The notes beneath the pieces are model-generated. The model ran no database searches and was not told where the DNA came from. It worked only from the letters and a program-made list of their open reading frames with translations. Position numbers and translations under genes: made by a program. Positions 1 through 10,061 of a DNA stretch of 64,000 bases are shown here, one piece after another. This DNA is from Candidatus Thorarchaeota archaeon. GTDB taxonomy: Archaea; Asgardarchaeota; Thorarchaeia; Thorarchaeales; Thorarchaeaceae. Numbering within the stretch: the stretch's first letter is position 1; each line of letters opens with the position of its first letter. The stretch covers positions 32,001 through 96,000 of the forward strand of contig JBHLRS010000007.1 in the NCBI GenBank assembly GCA_048882325.1, given 5' to 3'.

Positions 1-206
1 TCATCCTTGTGAACACAGGAACCTGTACGTTGACAATTGTTGCAGGCTTGACAGGGAGCAATCTCCAAATCATTCAATATGACCTTATCAGATGTTGCTC
101 CCTGCTCAACAGCAGAAGCGATGATGGTGTCGACCAGTGTTTCAGTGTTTCCGCCACGTCGAGGGCTACCAACAATTCCAAGAACATGCTTGTCTTTGTA
201 GGGCAT
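1..206 (-). CDS. Iron-sulfur flavoprotein / NADPH-dependent FMN reductase family, 5' part (runs off the window start)
   Basis: Not in the ORF track. My translation: MPYKDKHVLGIVGSPRRGGNTETLVD...IAPCQACNNCQRTGSCVHKD, with the GSPRxxGNT FMN motif and CxxCxxCx4C cluster motif; SD GGAGGTGA at 220-213. Confidence 0.85.
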   Translation of the reverse strand, partial: MPYKDKHVLGIVGSPRRGGNTETLVDTIIASAVEQGATSDKVILNDLEIAPCQACNNCQRTGSCVHKD

Positions 207-228
207 CACTTCTCACCTCCACATAGGG

Positions 229-1179
229 TTACTTCTTCTTTCTCAACCAAACAGATTCGAAATCAGTGAGCTCTGGTCGTAATTCAGCCAGACCAGCTAT
301 CGCAGGACCTTCTCCTGTAATCCAGCTCTCAGCTTGAATTGGTATGTCGGTCCAGCCGGCATTCTTGCACTCCTTCGCCATCTCGACCAACAAACGTGTC
401 CAAGCATACTCGTACCCTGGTCGTATCGCAGTGAAGCGCATAATTATTCGGGCTTTGTCACTACGAACCCTGTTGCCATCAGGCTCAAATCGAAGTGGGG
501 CGGTTCCAGCAACAACTTTGTCACCGTCATATAGAAGAACAGCGTGTCCCGTCTCTAACACCCTGTCAGTGAAGTAAGACCTTGCAGCATCCTCGTCAGC
601 CACCTGATTCCGTAGTCCTTCTTCCGCCATGAAGATTTCCACAAGATCATCTAGGTCATCCTCTGTTGCTGACTTACTCTTTAAAGCAGATGCTTTCTCT
701 GTGACCTCCAACTTGCTGGTATCTTCAACATCAAGTGGGAGAACATATGCGTAGATCCGCTCATCCTCCTCGAAACCACGCTCCTTGAAAAAATCAACTT
801 GTTTTTCTCTAAGGTTAGATCTGGTGATTATAGTCGTGCCAATCTCCTTTGTTTCTTCTCTTTTATCAAGATACGAAAGGAGTTCGTCAAAGATCTTTAT
901 CTGAACCTCTTCAGGACATCTTGGCATGGTCCATGGATATCCGATATATGTTCGACCTTCACCTGAAGACGAATCCCTAGCAGTGACGTACGCTAGAGGT
1001 TCACCATCTTCGGTGAGTGCATATCGGGTCATCTCTGGTGCCCTCTGCAGGTTTCTCTGTCGAATTACCTCGGCTCTTTCTGGGATGCCTGATGCAGCTG
1101 AGAATATTTGGGCTTGAATATCTTCAAGACCTTTGTCAGGTTCCCAAACTGTATACTTGACTTTCAATTTCCAAGCCAC
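229..1179 (-). CDS. GNAT-like fold hypothetical protein, paralog of the next gene
   Basis: 316 aa, GTG start. Shares blocks with 1190-2128 (GEPLAYVT, IGYPW, FFKERGF, ATEDD, MRFTAIRPGY). The GNAT fold is inferred. Confidence 0.6.
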   Translation of the reverse strand: MAWKLKVKYTVWEPDKGLEDIQAQIFSAASGIPERAEVIRQRNLQRAPEMTRYALTEDGEPLAYVTARDSSSGEGRTYIGYPWTMPRCPEEVQIKIFDELLSYLDKREETKEIGTTIITRSNLREKQVDFFKERGFEEDERIYAYVLPLDVEDTSKLEVTEKASALKSKSATEDDLDDLVEIFMAEEGLRNQVADEDAARSYFTDRVLETGHAVLLYDGDKVVAGTAPLRFEPDGNRVRSDKARIIMRFTAIRPGYEYAWTRLLVEMAKECKNAGWTDIPIQAESWITGEGPAIAGLAELRPELTDFESVWLRKKK

Positions 1180-1189
1180 CTCATCTGTG

Positions 1190-2128
1190 CTACTCGACCC
1201 TGTATCTCATGAAGAGCTCAAACTCATCCAGGTCAGAATCGATGCCAGCTATACCAGTCGCAACAGCCCCACTTGTTGAGAAACCAAATTGGACTCTTAG
1301 TGGAATGTCTTTGATACCTGACTTCTTGATGTCTTTAGCAATCTCAACCACAAGTCGATTCCAAGCGTAGCGATATCCTGGTCTGATCGCAGTGAATCTC
1401 ATGAGCAAACGCTCTTCCTCACCGAAGAGGAAGACACCATCAGGCTTTAGCCTAAGCGCAGCACTAGCTGCTACGAGTTTGCCTTCTTCATAAAGCATGA
1501 TCGCGTTGCCTTGTGGTAGGACACGGCCGGCAAAGTAGTTCCTGAATCCTTCCTTATCAGGAAAGGCTCGTCCCAGATCGGGATCTGACATTGCTACCTC
1601 AATCAATGCGTCAACATCATCCTCAGTGGCAATCTTCACCTTTAGCTTGGCAGGTTTACCTTCCAGCTTTTTTGAAGCCATCTTCTCGACATCGAGGTCT
1701 TTCGTGTATCGATAGGCACGTTCATACTCAGTAAATCCTCGTTCCTCGAACCACTTGATCTGGTCCTTTGCAATCTTCGAGGAAAGTACAATCCCAGTGC
1801 GAATGTCCTTGAGCTTCTTGTCTTTCTTCAGATGATCTAATAATTCATTGAAGATCTTCTCCTTAGCCTCTGGGGGACAGTCAGGAAAAGACCATGGGTA
1901 TCCAATTCCGCCCTCAGCTGGATTTTCATCATTTATCCATGATGTAACATAGGCAAGTGGTTCACCTTCCTTCGTGAGTACGTAGCGAGTTGAATCCTCA
2001 CCTCGTTGTATGTTTCGTGGCTTGATCTCCTCTGGACGTGCTGGAAGTCCAGACACTCCAGTATAGATCTTAGCCTGTGCTTCTTCTAATTTCTCATCGG
2101 GATTCCATTTCTTGTAAATAACGTTCAT
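1190..2128 (-). CDS. GNAT-like fold hypothetical protein, tandem paralog
   Basis: ORF 1190-2173; likely start ATG 2128 after GAGGA. Collinear similarity to 229-1179. Confidence 0.6.
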   Translation of the reverse strand: MNVIYKKWNPDEKLEEAQAKIYTGVSGLPARPEEIKPRNIQRGEDSTRYVLTKEGEPLAYVTSWINDENPAEGGIGYPWSFPDCPPEAKEKIFNELLDHLKKDKKLKDIRTGIVLSSKIAKDQIKWFEERGFTEYERAYRYTKDLDVEKMASKKLEGKPAKLKVKIATEDDVDALIEVAMSDPDLGRAFPDKEGFRNYFAGRVLPQGNAIMLYEEGKLVAASAALRLKPDGVFLFGEEERLLMRFTAIRPGYRYAWNRLVVEIAKDIKKSGIKDIPLRVQFGFSTSGAVATGIAGIDSDLDEFELFMRYRVE

Positions 2129-2310
2129 CTCGATTTCTCCTCTAGTTGTTTTGCAAAAGCAAATGAGACTCAATTAATGGTTTGGGTAATAAACCTTCTT
2201 ACTTGCTTTGCTTTAAAGAACACACTTATATTGAACATTGGTGTGGTATGCCAACTATCGGAAGACTGAACATCTCAGTGAGAGTCAGGTCGAAGGCTAG
2301 TATTCCTTTT

Positions 2311-2748
2311 CTACATCTGAATCAGTGTGTATATGGAAACAATGAGGAACGCGACAAGGAAGACAGTAATCATTCCAGCTAAAGTTCTTGAATACCCCTT
2401 AGGTGTTAACTGGTCCTCTCTGTCCATCTTCTTTGCAAGGGGATAGAGTTTCCAATAGAATGTGGATATTGAAAGCATCAACGCCCATAATGCCCAGAAG
2501 TGCATCATTGGTGTGCCAGACAATATGATAACTGTAAGCAAGAGTAGGAAGATTAGTTTAGTACCAGCAACCCAGTTTACCAAGTAGCTAGTGAAATTAT
2601 GCATCTCAGGATCACTCTTAGATTTCTCCCAAGCAGTGAAGACACCCACACTGTTTGCAATCTTAGAGTCTTTTCTGAAATAAAGCATCATGACGTTAGA
2701 AAATTCTAGAATCATGAATGCGGCGATTGCGATGATTAAGAGACTCAT
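2311..2748 (-). CDS. Small integral membrane protein (about 4 TM)
   Basis: 145 aa with four hydrophobic segments; TATA-like TATATATTAT just upstream. Confidence 0.7.
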   Translation of the reverse strand: MSLLIIAIAAFMILEFSNVMMLYFRKDSKIANSVGVFTAWEKSKSDPEMHNFTSYLVNWVAGTKLIFLLLLTVIILSGTPMMHFWALWALMLSISTFYWKLYPLAKKMDREDQLTPKGYSRTLAGMITVFLVAFLIVSIYTLIQM

Positions 2749-2812
2749 AATACATTCAGCGGACTAGGTCCATAATATATAGATACTGCTTATTGTTTGC
2801 ACAAAAAACGTA

Positions 2813-2841
2813 GGAAGGTGGGATACAAATCCCTACCCTCC
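2813..2841 (-). terminator. Hairpin plus T-run downstream of the NIPSNAP gene
   Basis: GGAAGGTGGGGAT-ACAA-ATCCCCTACCCTCC imperfect inverted repeat, followed on the minus strand by TACGTTTTTTG. Confidence 0.45.
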
Positions 2842-2865
2842 ATACCAGTTCGGATTGATTTACCC

Positions 2866-3165
2866 TTACATCATTGGTAGAAGTTTAGTCGCCTCAATGG
2901 ATGTTCGGACTTCTTCTAGCCTTTTGCTAAGTCGAGTGTATTCCTCGTCACTTCGTAGGCTTTCGACCTTCATCTTGTAGTCATTCTCATCTTCGTATTT
3001 GGAGATGTAGAAGATCTCATTCTCATCATCCGCATTAGACCAAAAGCCTACAATGTCCACATTGTGTCTTTCGTAGATCTTTTGAAACTTAGAACGTAAT
3101 TCATCCATCTCTTTACCAGAATTAGATTTTGACCTGTATAACATGTACATAGCCATGATTATCAC
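2866..3165 (-). CDS. NIPSNAP-family (dimeric alpha-beta barrel) protein
   Basis: 99 aa; pattern 'F..IYERHNVDIVGFW....NEIFYISKYED', ending in LLP. Confidence 0.7.
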   Translation of the reverse strand: MIIMAMYMLYRSKSNSGKEMDELRSKFQKIYERHNVDIVGFWSNADDENEIFYISKYEDENDYKMKVESLRSDEEYTRLSKRLEEVRTSIEATKLLPMM

Positions 3166-3166
3166 T

Positions 3167-3204
3167 GGGAATTAACCATAGTTAATTCCCTTATAATAGT
3201 TTCG
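3167..3204 (-). promoter_or_regulatory. BRE/TATA plus perfect palindromic operator upstream of the NIPSNAP gene
   Basis: GGGAATTAAC-CATA-GTTAATTCCC (3167-3190) directly after the minus-strand CGAAACTATTATAA. Confidence 0.6.
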
Positions 3205-3460
3205 AGAGGGATTTGGAAATTAAAAAGGGATGTGAAATAAAACCCCAGTCGCCTACTAGACCTCTATCTGCATTAATTGACAGTGAGCGCGCGCAAACTG
3301 AAACTGTTAAATGGGAACATGACAATGAATGAATATCATTCAGTCAGATTGTTTGATTCATGATCTGAAAACCTCTCAGATTGTGCCTCAAAGAATCGCA
3401 ACAGAAGACAGTCGAGCTTCTATGGTGCTGAGTGATGTGCTAAGAAATGAGGTACAAAAA

Positions 3461-4882
3461 ATGAAAGATGAAAGACGCTCTATTTTAAAGAAGATAGCTG
3501 ACGGAGAGTTGACCATAGAGGAAGGTCAAGAACTCCTAGAGCAGCTTGACCAGCAACGAAGGGATGACACTGATGATTCTTATGTCCTTATCCATGGCAG
3601 ATTTTTTCATGGAAAAGAGCTCGAGAGAATCAAAAGGAACGCAATTCCTAATGTAAATCCAGAGTTTTTGGAAGAGTTTGAAGCCCTTGATTTAGACCGG
3701 GTTTCATATCGAGTAATTGAGGATCTTATCGTCAAGCATGTCAGAAGCGAATATCTCGCTGAGATGGCTGAAATTGGTTATCCCGACATTGGCAACAGAG
3801 ACCTTGCTCTTCTCATCATGAATGGCGTTGATCCTGAATATGTGAAAGAACTTCAGAAGTTTGGCTACGATAATTTAACAATTCGGCAACTTGTGAAGAT
3901 GGCAATCCACACCGTCACTCCAGAGTACATACAGGAGCTAATTGAACTTGGTTATGAAGGTCTGCCTGTCAATCAACTAGTGAAAATGAGAATTCATGAT
4001 GTGAATCCTGAGTTCATCAGAGGTTTGCAGGAGCTAGGATATCAAGATATCCCAGCGAACCAACTCACCAAGCTCACAATTCATAACGTGACAGTTGAGT
4101 TTGTGTCAGCACTCAAAGAACTTGGGTATACAGACATTCCAATTAGCACTATAGCAGAGTTGCAAATCCATGAAGTCACTCCGGATTTCATTCGTGCAAT
4201 GAATGAAGCAGGTTTGAAGGATATCCCACCTGGTCAACTAATAAAGATGAGAATACATGAAGTGGATCCGGGATTTGTTGTTGAACTTGCTGAAGCTGGA
4301 TACCCAGACCTCTCACCAAATCGGCTTGTTGAATTCAGAATTCATGAGGTGGATGTTGATTTTGCTAGAGGTTTAAAGGAACTAGGATATGATGAAATCT
4401 CACCAAGACATCTTGTCAATATGAGGATTCACAACCTTAGCTTAGACTACATCCGGGAGTTAGCTGAACTGGGGTATGAATCAGTCAGTCCAAGTGTCCT
4501 AGTCGATATGAAGATACACAGTGTACCATTGGATTTCATTCGTGACTTGAAAGAGATGGGCTTTGAAGACATCTCGCCCCGAAGGCTGATTGAGATGTGT
4601 ATTCACAATGTAGACTCATATTTCGTTCGAGCTTTTAAGGAACGAGGGATGGATAATCTCACTGATCGTCAGCTGATTGATATGAGTATCCACGATGTGG
4701 ACCCTAGTTTCATCGATGAAATGGGCGAGCTTGGATACACTGATCTTCAGGCTCGAGACCTCATAGAGATGAGCATTCATGGTGTTGATGCTGACTTCGT
4801 ACGTAAGATGCAGCGTTTAGAAATTGAAGATCTGACTATAAGAAAGCTGATCGATATCAAGATTCATGGGATCTTTGATTGA
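3461..4882 (+). CDS. SHOCT/YvlB-like N-terminal helix pair plus about 14 tandem 29-aa helical repeats
   Basis: ORF 3329-4882; likely start ATG 3461 after GAGGTA. N-terminus ERRSILKKIADGELTIEEG. Repeat consensus HxVxPEFIxELxELGYxDIxPxxLIxMxI. Confidence 0.8.
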   Translation: MKDERRSILKKIADGELTIEEGQELLEQLDQQRRDDTDDSYVLIHGRFFHGKELERIKRNAIPNVNPEFLEEFEALDLDRVSYRVIEDLIVKHVRSEYLAEMAEIGYPDIGNRDLALLIMNGVDPEYVKELQKFGYDNLTIRQLVKMAIHTVTPEYIQELIELGYEGLPVNQLVKMRIHDVNPEFIRGLQELGYQDIPANQLTKLTIHNVTVEFVSALKELGYTDIPISTIAELQIHEVTPDFIRAMNEAGLKDIPPGQLIKMRIHEVDPGFVVELAEAGYPDLSPNRLVEFRIHEVDVDFARGLKELGYDEISPRHLVNMRIHNLSLDYIRELAELGYESVSPSVLVDMKIHSVPLDFIRDLKEMGFEDISPRRLIEMCIHNVDSYFVRAFKERGMDNLTDRQLIDMSIHDVDPSFIDEMGELGYTDLQARDLIEMSIHGVDADFVRKMQRLEIEDLTIRKLIDIKIHGIFD

Positions 4883-4891
4883 TTGGTCTTT

Positions 4892-4938
4892 GCGAGAGTT
4901 GCATTCAAAAACTGCATTCTCGCTTCAATCTTTTTTCT
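4892..4938 (+). terminator. Hairpin plus T-rich tract after the repeat-protein gene
   Basis: GCGAGAGTTGCA...TGCATTCTCGC followed by TTCAATCTTTTTTCTC. Confidence 0.5.
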
Positions 4939-5029
4939 CAGCCCTTTTTGTCTTGTCAACATCGTACTATAATCACCTCTGAAAAAGGCTAAATCAAAGC
5001 TCCGTGTCTAGAAGCGATGGTAGGTTCCA

Positions 5030-5413
5030 ATGGCAGATTCGGATTCAAAGATGATTGGAGATCAAGCAAAAGAAACGACGCTCAAGTTCATTGATTGCAT
5101 CAATTCAGGTGACTGCGAAGGGCTTACGGCACTCCAGACGGAAGATTTCACATTCATTGACCTGTCTGGTGACATGCACATTGGGAAAGACAGCTGGGAG
5201 AACTACTTCTCCTCCTATCCAGACTACAAGATTCATGTTGACAAGCTTATCACAAGTGGAAACGGAGTTGCTGTGATTGGACGGACAACTGGATCCCATG
5301 CAGGTCCCGAGGTTGATGAGAAGTGGACAATCCTGTGGACTGCAGGAATCCGGGATGGTCAAGTAGCTGAGTGGCGAATCTACACTGACTACTATGACAT
5401 CAAAGGAATTTAG
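5030..5413 (+). CDS. NTF2/SnoaL-like protein
   Basis: 127 aa; 'FIDCINSGD.EGL.AL.TEDF', 'G..GRTTGSH', 'IRDGQVAEWRIY'. Confidence 0.8.
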   Translation: MADSDSKMIGDQAKETTLKFIDCINSGDCEGLTALQTEDFTFIDLSGDMHIGKDSWENYFSSYPDYKIHVDKLITSGNGVAVIGRTTGSHAGPEVDEKWTILWTAGIRDGQVAEWRIYTDYYDIKGI

Positions 5414-5590
5414 TCAAGGATTTTTTGTTATATCACAGTTTGAGACTGGATTATTGACATAGATTAATTCTGTGCATAGACACAGTTTAGCAACGTTCAA
5501 ATATTGAGCATTTGCATAAAATTCTTTAATTCGCATGTCACTATAGTGTAGAGAGAGAAGGAGAAGAATCCATTAAGATAATGGGCTATA

Positions 5591-8500
5591 GTGGCAGAGG
5601 AGGAGTGTGTAATGACCAAACTACATTTGAAAAGAGGTACAAGCTGCATTCTTGGGCTTGTTCTCGTATGCCTAATGGTGTCAGCATCTTTTGTTGGTTT
5701 ATTGGATAAAACCAAAATATCCACATCTGAGAATGCTCAACCTAAAAGGCTTGAAGAAACGGTTCCAGTTCTTTCTCTAGATGATATGCCTCTGCGTCAA
5801 AGTACACCCTTAGTATACGATTCGGAGTCAGATAGAATCATTCTCTTCGGAGGATCAACTCAAAATGTAGAGGCTGGGTATTCCGACACCTGGAGCTATG
5901 ACTATAATACCAATACTTGGACCAACATGTCCCCTGCAATCCATCCACCTGCATCAAACAGTCATGCGATGGCTTATCACTCTGGAGCTGACAGGATGGT
6001 GCTCTTTGGAGGTCATGTATCAGGTTCAGGTGCGTCTTGGTTAAATCATAACGAAACTTGGACATATGATTATAACTCAAACACATGGACGAAAATGTCC
6101 CCTGCAATTGCGCCGCCAGCTATGTGTGGTTCAATGGAATACGACAGTGAGTCAGATCTCATTGTTTTAGCTGGTGGGTGGCCAGATGGCGGAACATATG
6201 GAGATCATTTTGCCGAAACATGGACGTACAACCTGACATCTGATACATGGACGAATGTCACGCAAAGTGTCCACCCCACACCGCGAGGTTGGACTCAGTT
6301 GACGTATGACATTGAGTCTGATCTTATCGTAGCTTTTGGGGGATTTGATTTAGAGACATGGGCGGTATTGAACGATACTTGGACATACGACACCAATACC
6401 AACACTTGGACGGAGATTTCCACGGTTGGACCGCAAATAACAGGAGATCTTGTGTATGACAGTGAGTCAGACAGGGTGGTCTTCCAAGGTGGTTGTCTGG
6501 ATATGTCTGAATATCCTGAAGACCTGGTTTCTGAAACTTGGCAATATGACACAAATACTGAGACCTGGGAGGAGATGATCAATGATGTCAAACCGCCTAA
6601 GAGGTCTCGAGGAGAGATGGCCTATGACAGCGAGTCCGACAAAGTCATCCTCTTTTCAGGCATTGTCTGGACGGGATTCCCTCCAGAAATTGTTTCTGAC
6701 TGTTGGGTATATGACCTGAACAACAATCTGTGGAATAATTTAGAGTGGGACTGGCAGGAGATGACTCCAGCATTGTCTCCAGAAGCCAATGCATGGCCAG
6801 CAATGACGTACGATTCAGAATCTGACCTAACAGTATTATTCGGGGGACACTCAGAGGAAGAGTACCTAGCGACAGGAGTTTGGGGCGATAACGAGACCTG
6901 GGTCTACGATTTCAACACTAATACCTGGACCAACATGAGTCCATCAACTGGACCTTCCAAGAGATGTTTGATGAACATGGTATACGACGAAGAGTCTGAC
7001 ATCATCATTTTGTTCGGTGGAGTTGCACGAAGCGACTCTGGACCTGTCAAGATTTTCGGAGACACTTGGACATACGATGTGAATACCAATGTGTGGACTA
7101 ATGTGACTCCAGCTACCAGCCCAAGCAAACGTCTTGTCTATGGGATGACATATGATTCAAATTCTGATCTTGTGATCCTGTTTGGAGGGTATGATGGGAC
7201 TGATAACTTGAATGACCTCTGGACCTTTGATTATAACTCAAATACGTGGACCGAAATGAGCCCACCAACGAGTCCAGAGCCGCGAAATGCTGCAGCAATA
7301 ACATATGATGAAGAGTCAGATCTGTGTGTCCTGTTTGGCGGGTACACTTTCACCTATCCATATGAGTTAGCAGACACATGGGTCTACAACGTATCTGCAG
7401 ACACCTGGACTGAAATGAGTCCCTCCTCTCATCCCTCAAAACGGAGTGAGATGCAAGCTGTATACAATCCCTATGTTGACAGGGTCATTATGTTTGGTGG
7501 TTGGGCATATGATATTGTCTATGACGAAACTTGGAGCTATGACTATAATAACAACACTTGGGTGGAAACGAACACACCACACGCTCCATCTGCACGATAC
7601 TGGTATGGACTAGCATTTGACTCAGAATCAAATCGAACCATCCTGTTTTCAGGAAATGATGGACTCGCTGGTGCAATGCATATAGTAGAGGCAGATACAT
7701 GGGCTTACAGGTATCAAGTACATCCTTTGATTATACCTAATCCACCGGAGAATCTAGTTGCCACTAATAGTGAGGACGGTCCGGTTCTAGTATGGGATGC
7801 TCCAGTTCCAATAGCGGGTGTAACAATCATTGGATACAATGTCTATAGAGGAACAGAGTCTGGAATCTACGAGCTGTGGAAAGAATTAGGCGATGTCCTC
7901 ACCTACACTGATTCGTCTGTGGGGTACGATATATCCTACTACTATGTTGTTACAGCAGTGTCGGAAGGTGGAGAATCATTATTCTCAAATGAAGACTCAT
8001 ACTGGAGGCCGCTTGAACAGTACAATGATGATACATACACATTCATCGTCTACGGTGATACGAGAGCTGGTGATGACACCGCTGTGTCTTGGCTACATGA
8101 TGACTTGGTGAGTAAGTATCTTCAGTATGATCCCGAAATGGTCGTTCATTCAGGTGATATGTTGTATCACGGTGGAGAGTCATATCAATGGCCTCTATTC
8201 AACGACTCACTTGCTGCCATCTGGGAATGGGACTCAGACATCGAGTACTTCGGTGCTGTTGGCAACCATGAATGGTATACGGATGTGTATGGCGTTAATG
8301 ATCAGAACTTTACCAATTATCGGGAGTTCTTCGACTACTCAGCTGTTATTGACGAACCTGGGGAGACTGAACTTTACTACTCTTTTGATCGGCAAGGGAT
8401 TCACTTCATAATTCTCAATACAGTCAATGATTGGGTTGGGACAACATACACCTGCCCGGCGGCACAAATGGCGTGGCTAGAAGCTGATCTTGCAAAGGAC

Positions 8501-9043
8501 TATGAAACAGTCATCGTGTCCACACACTATCCACTCTATTCAATACTTGCGGATAGACCTGAGAGATTAGCAGAAGCTGCGAGTGTTAGGGCAGCATTCC
8601 AAGACCTGTTTATCGAGTATGCAGTAGACATAATCTTCACCGGGCACAATCACTACTATCACCGGGCTCCTCGTGATGGCATTCAGTATGTCACTGCTGC
8701 TGGTGGAGGGGCACCACTCTATGCAATCAGTACTGTGGGCACAGATTGGGAACCGGGCGATGTTGGATTTGGTGAGTACCACTATTGCGTGTGTAAACTA
8801 AATCCATTGAATGCAACCCACAATCGTCTGACCATAGATGTTGTTCTACTGGATGGAACTACAGCTGATACATTCAATATCGATGTATTGAAACCACCGG
8901 TAACTACGACAACATCATCAACCACAACCTCACCAACCACTCCGGTTGAACCACCTTCATTCCCAATGACTTTGGTGGTAGTGACAGCTGGTGCAGTACT
9001 GGTCGTTGTTGTTGTTGTACTACTCCTTCGAAAGAAGAAATAG
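5591..9043 (+). CDS. Membrane-anchored surface protein: 12 Kelch-type repeats + FN3 + purple-acid-phosphatase-type metallophosphoesterase
   Basis: Signal-like N-terminus; 12 x YDSESD..ILFGG...TW.YD..TNTW; FN3 (LVWDAP, GYNVYR, YYYVVTAV); GD-T, GDMLY, GNHE, THYP, GHNH motifs; Thr/Pro linker, TM helix, RKKK tail. Confidence 0.85.
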   Translation: MAEEECVMTKLHLKRGTSCILGLVLVCLMVSASFVGLLDKTKISTSENAQPKRLEETVPVLSLDDMPLRQSTPLVYDSESDRIILFGGSTQNVEAGYSDTWSYDYNTNTWTNMSPAIHPPASNSHAMAYHSGADRMVLFGGHVSGSGASWLNHNETWTYDYNSNTWTKMSPAIAPPAMCGSMEYDSESDLIVLAGGWPDGGTYGDHFAETWTYNLTSDTWTNVTQSVHPTPRGWTQLTYDIESDLIVAFGGFDLETWAVLNDTWTYDTNTNTWTEISTVGPQITGDLVYDSESDRVVFQGGCLDMSEYPEDLVSETWQYDTNTETWEEMINDVKPPKRSRGEMAYDSESDKVILFSGIVWTGFPPEIVSDCWVYDLNNNLWNNLEWDWQEMTPALSPEANAWPAMTYDSESDLTVLFGGHSEEEYLATGVWGDNETWVYDFNTNTWTNMSPSTGPSKRCLMNMVYDEESDIIILFGGVARSDSGPVKIFGDTWTYDVNTNVWTNVTPATSPSKRLVYGMTYDSNSDLVILFGGYDGTDNLNDLWTFDYNSNTWTEMSPPTSPEPRNAAAITYDEESDLCVLFGGYTFTYPYELADTWVYNVSADTWTEMSPSSHPSKRSEMQAVYNPYVDRVIMFGGWAYDIVYDETWSYDYNNNTWVETNTPHAPSARYWYGLAFDSESNRTILFSGNDGLAGAMHIVEADTWAYRYQVHPLIIPNPPENLVATNSEDGPVLVWDAPVPIAGVTIIGYNVYRGTESGIYELWKELGDVLTYTDSSVGYDISYYYVVTAVSEGGESLFSNEDSYWRPLEQYNDDTYTFIVYGDTRAGDDTAVSWLHDDLVSKYLQYDPEMVVHSGDMLYHGGESYQWPLFNDSLAAIWEWDSDIEYFGAVGNHEWYTDVYGVNDQNFTNYREFFDYSAVIDEPGETELYYSFDRQGIHFIILNTVNDWVGTTYTCPAAQMAWLEADLAKDYETVIVSTHYPLYSILADRPERLAEAASVRAAFQDLFIEYAVDIIFTGHNHYYHRAPRDGIQYVTAAGGGAPLYAISTVGTDWEPGDVGFGEYHYCVCKLNPLNATHNRLTIDVVLLDGTTADTFNIDVLKPPVTTTTSSTTTSPTTPVEPPSFPMTLVVVTAGAVLVVVVVVLLLRKKK

Positions 9044-9109
9044 ATGAAGCAAAAGGGGTACTTGGCATGTGCCCCAACCTTTCATCACCAAACGACATAG
9101 ACACAAAGA

Positions 9110-10054
9110 ATGGTCATATGCATAGTTGAAGTACTAATAATGTCAATTACCGAGGTACCGACTGTGGAGAGAGAAGTCACAATCTACAACTTCTGTCCTT
9201 GCTTCAAGGATTTTGAGGGGGAGTTGATATGCTTAAACAATGACAGTCTCTGTGATATTGAACACTCTATATTCGCAGCTGACATTCTCAATCAGGACGC
9301 CTCACTAGAGCTAGTAAAACAGTTCGAGGCTACTGATAGTAAGACTTGTTACTCATCGATTTACACGCACGATGGTTCGGTTTATTGCTCATCTCAGGGA
9401 TTTAAGATCCGCATCCATAGAGAGGACATCACTGAAGACATGCTGCTGCAGTCAATCCGGCTCTATGCATTAGGTCCAACAGAAATCACAGTGGATTGTG
9501 CCTCGTGCATTTATGGAATCCTGCTAGCACTCGTTCTTTCTCAAGACCAAGCCTCTATCAAACGGTACCTAGATGAGTTCTCTCTCAAGGTTGCAATCAG
9601 CTTCACCGAGATGGAACTTGAGGAGATTGATGAATCAACTCCATACTTTGAAACTGTCCAGGCATATCTTGTACGACTTCTCGAGGACCAATACTATTGG
9701 CAGGACATCCACGAAAAGCTTGTGGAAAAGGAGGAACCTGCATCTTTGGTAGAATTGGTGGGTAAAATGGAGCTATTGAATAGACTCCAGTTCCTTTTCT
9801 ACAGTCAAGTTCTGAATATCAGAAGTATTGAGAACTCAAGAATACTTGTTCGAATGCTCTCTCATATACTTCGTACTTCCAGAAACATCCTGAGTCTCAA
9901 CGAAGAGATTCACTCATTGGTTTCTACAGACACTATTGGTGGTCATGAGGAAGATGAGATTCTTATAGGAAAGATCGAGGACTACATGGAAAAAAGCAGG
10001 ACACTCGATCACTTCTTTGGGAATATCGCGGACATCATGAAGGGTGGTTCTTAA
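9110..10054 (+). CDS. Hypothetical protein (Cys-containing N-terminal half, helical C-terminal half)
   Basis: 314-aa ORF filling the gap between neighbours; no recognised motif. Confidence 0.6.
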   Translation: MVICIVEVLIMSITEVPTVEREVTIYNFCPCFKDFEGELICLNNDSLCDIEHSIFAADILNQDASLELVKQFEATDSKTCYSSIYTHDGSVYCSSQGFKIRIHREDITEDMLLQSIRLYALGPTEITVDCASCIYGILLALVLSQDQASIKRYLDEFSLKVAISFTEMELEEIDESTPYFETVQAYLVRLLEDQYYWQDIHEKLVEKEEPASLVELVGKMELLNRLQFLFYSQVLNIRSIENSRILVRMLSHILRTSRNILSLNEEIHSLVSTDTIGGHEEDEILIGKIEDYMEKSRTLDHFFGNIADIMKGGS

Positions 10055-10061
10055 GCCAGTA

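Noticed and set aside
1180-1192. TAG read-through (pyrrolysine) fusing the two GNAT-like paralogs
   Set aside because: The 10-nt gap puts the genes out of frame.
5800-7720. DNA-level repeats (e.g. GACAGTGAGTCAGA)
   Set aside because: Explained by the Kelch protein repeats.
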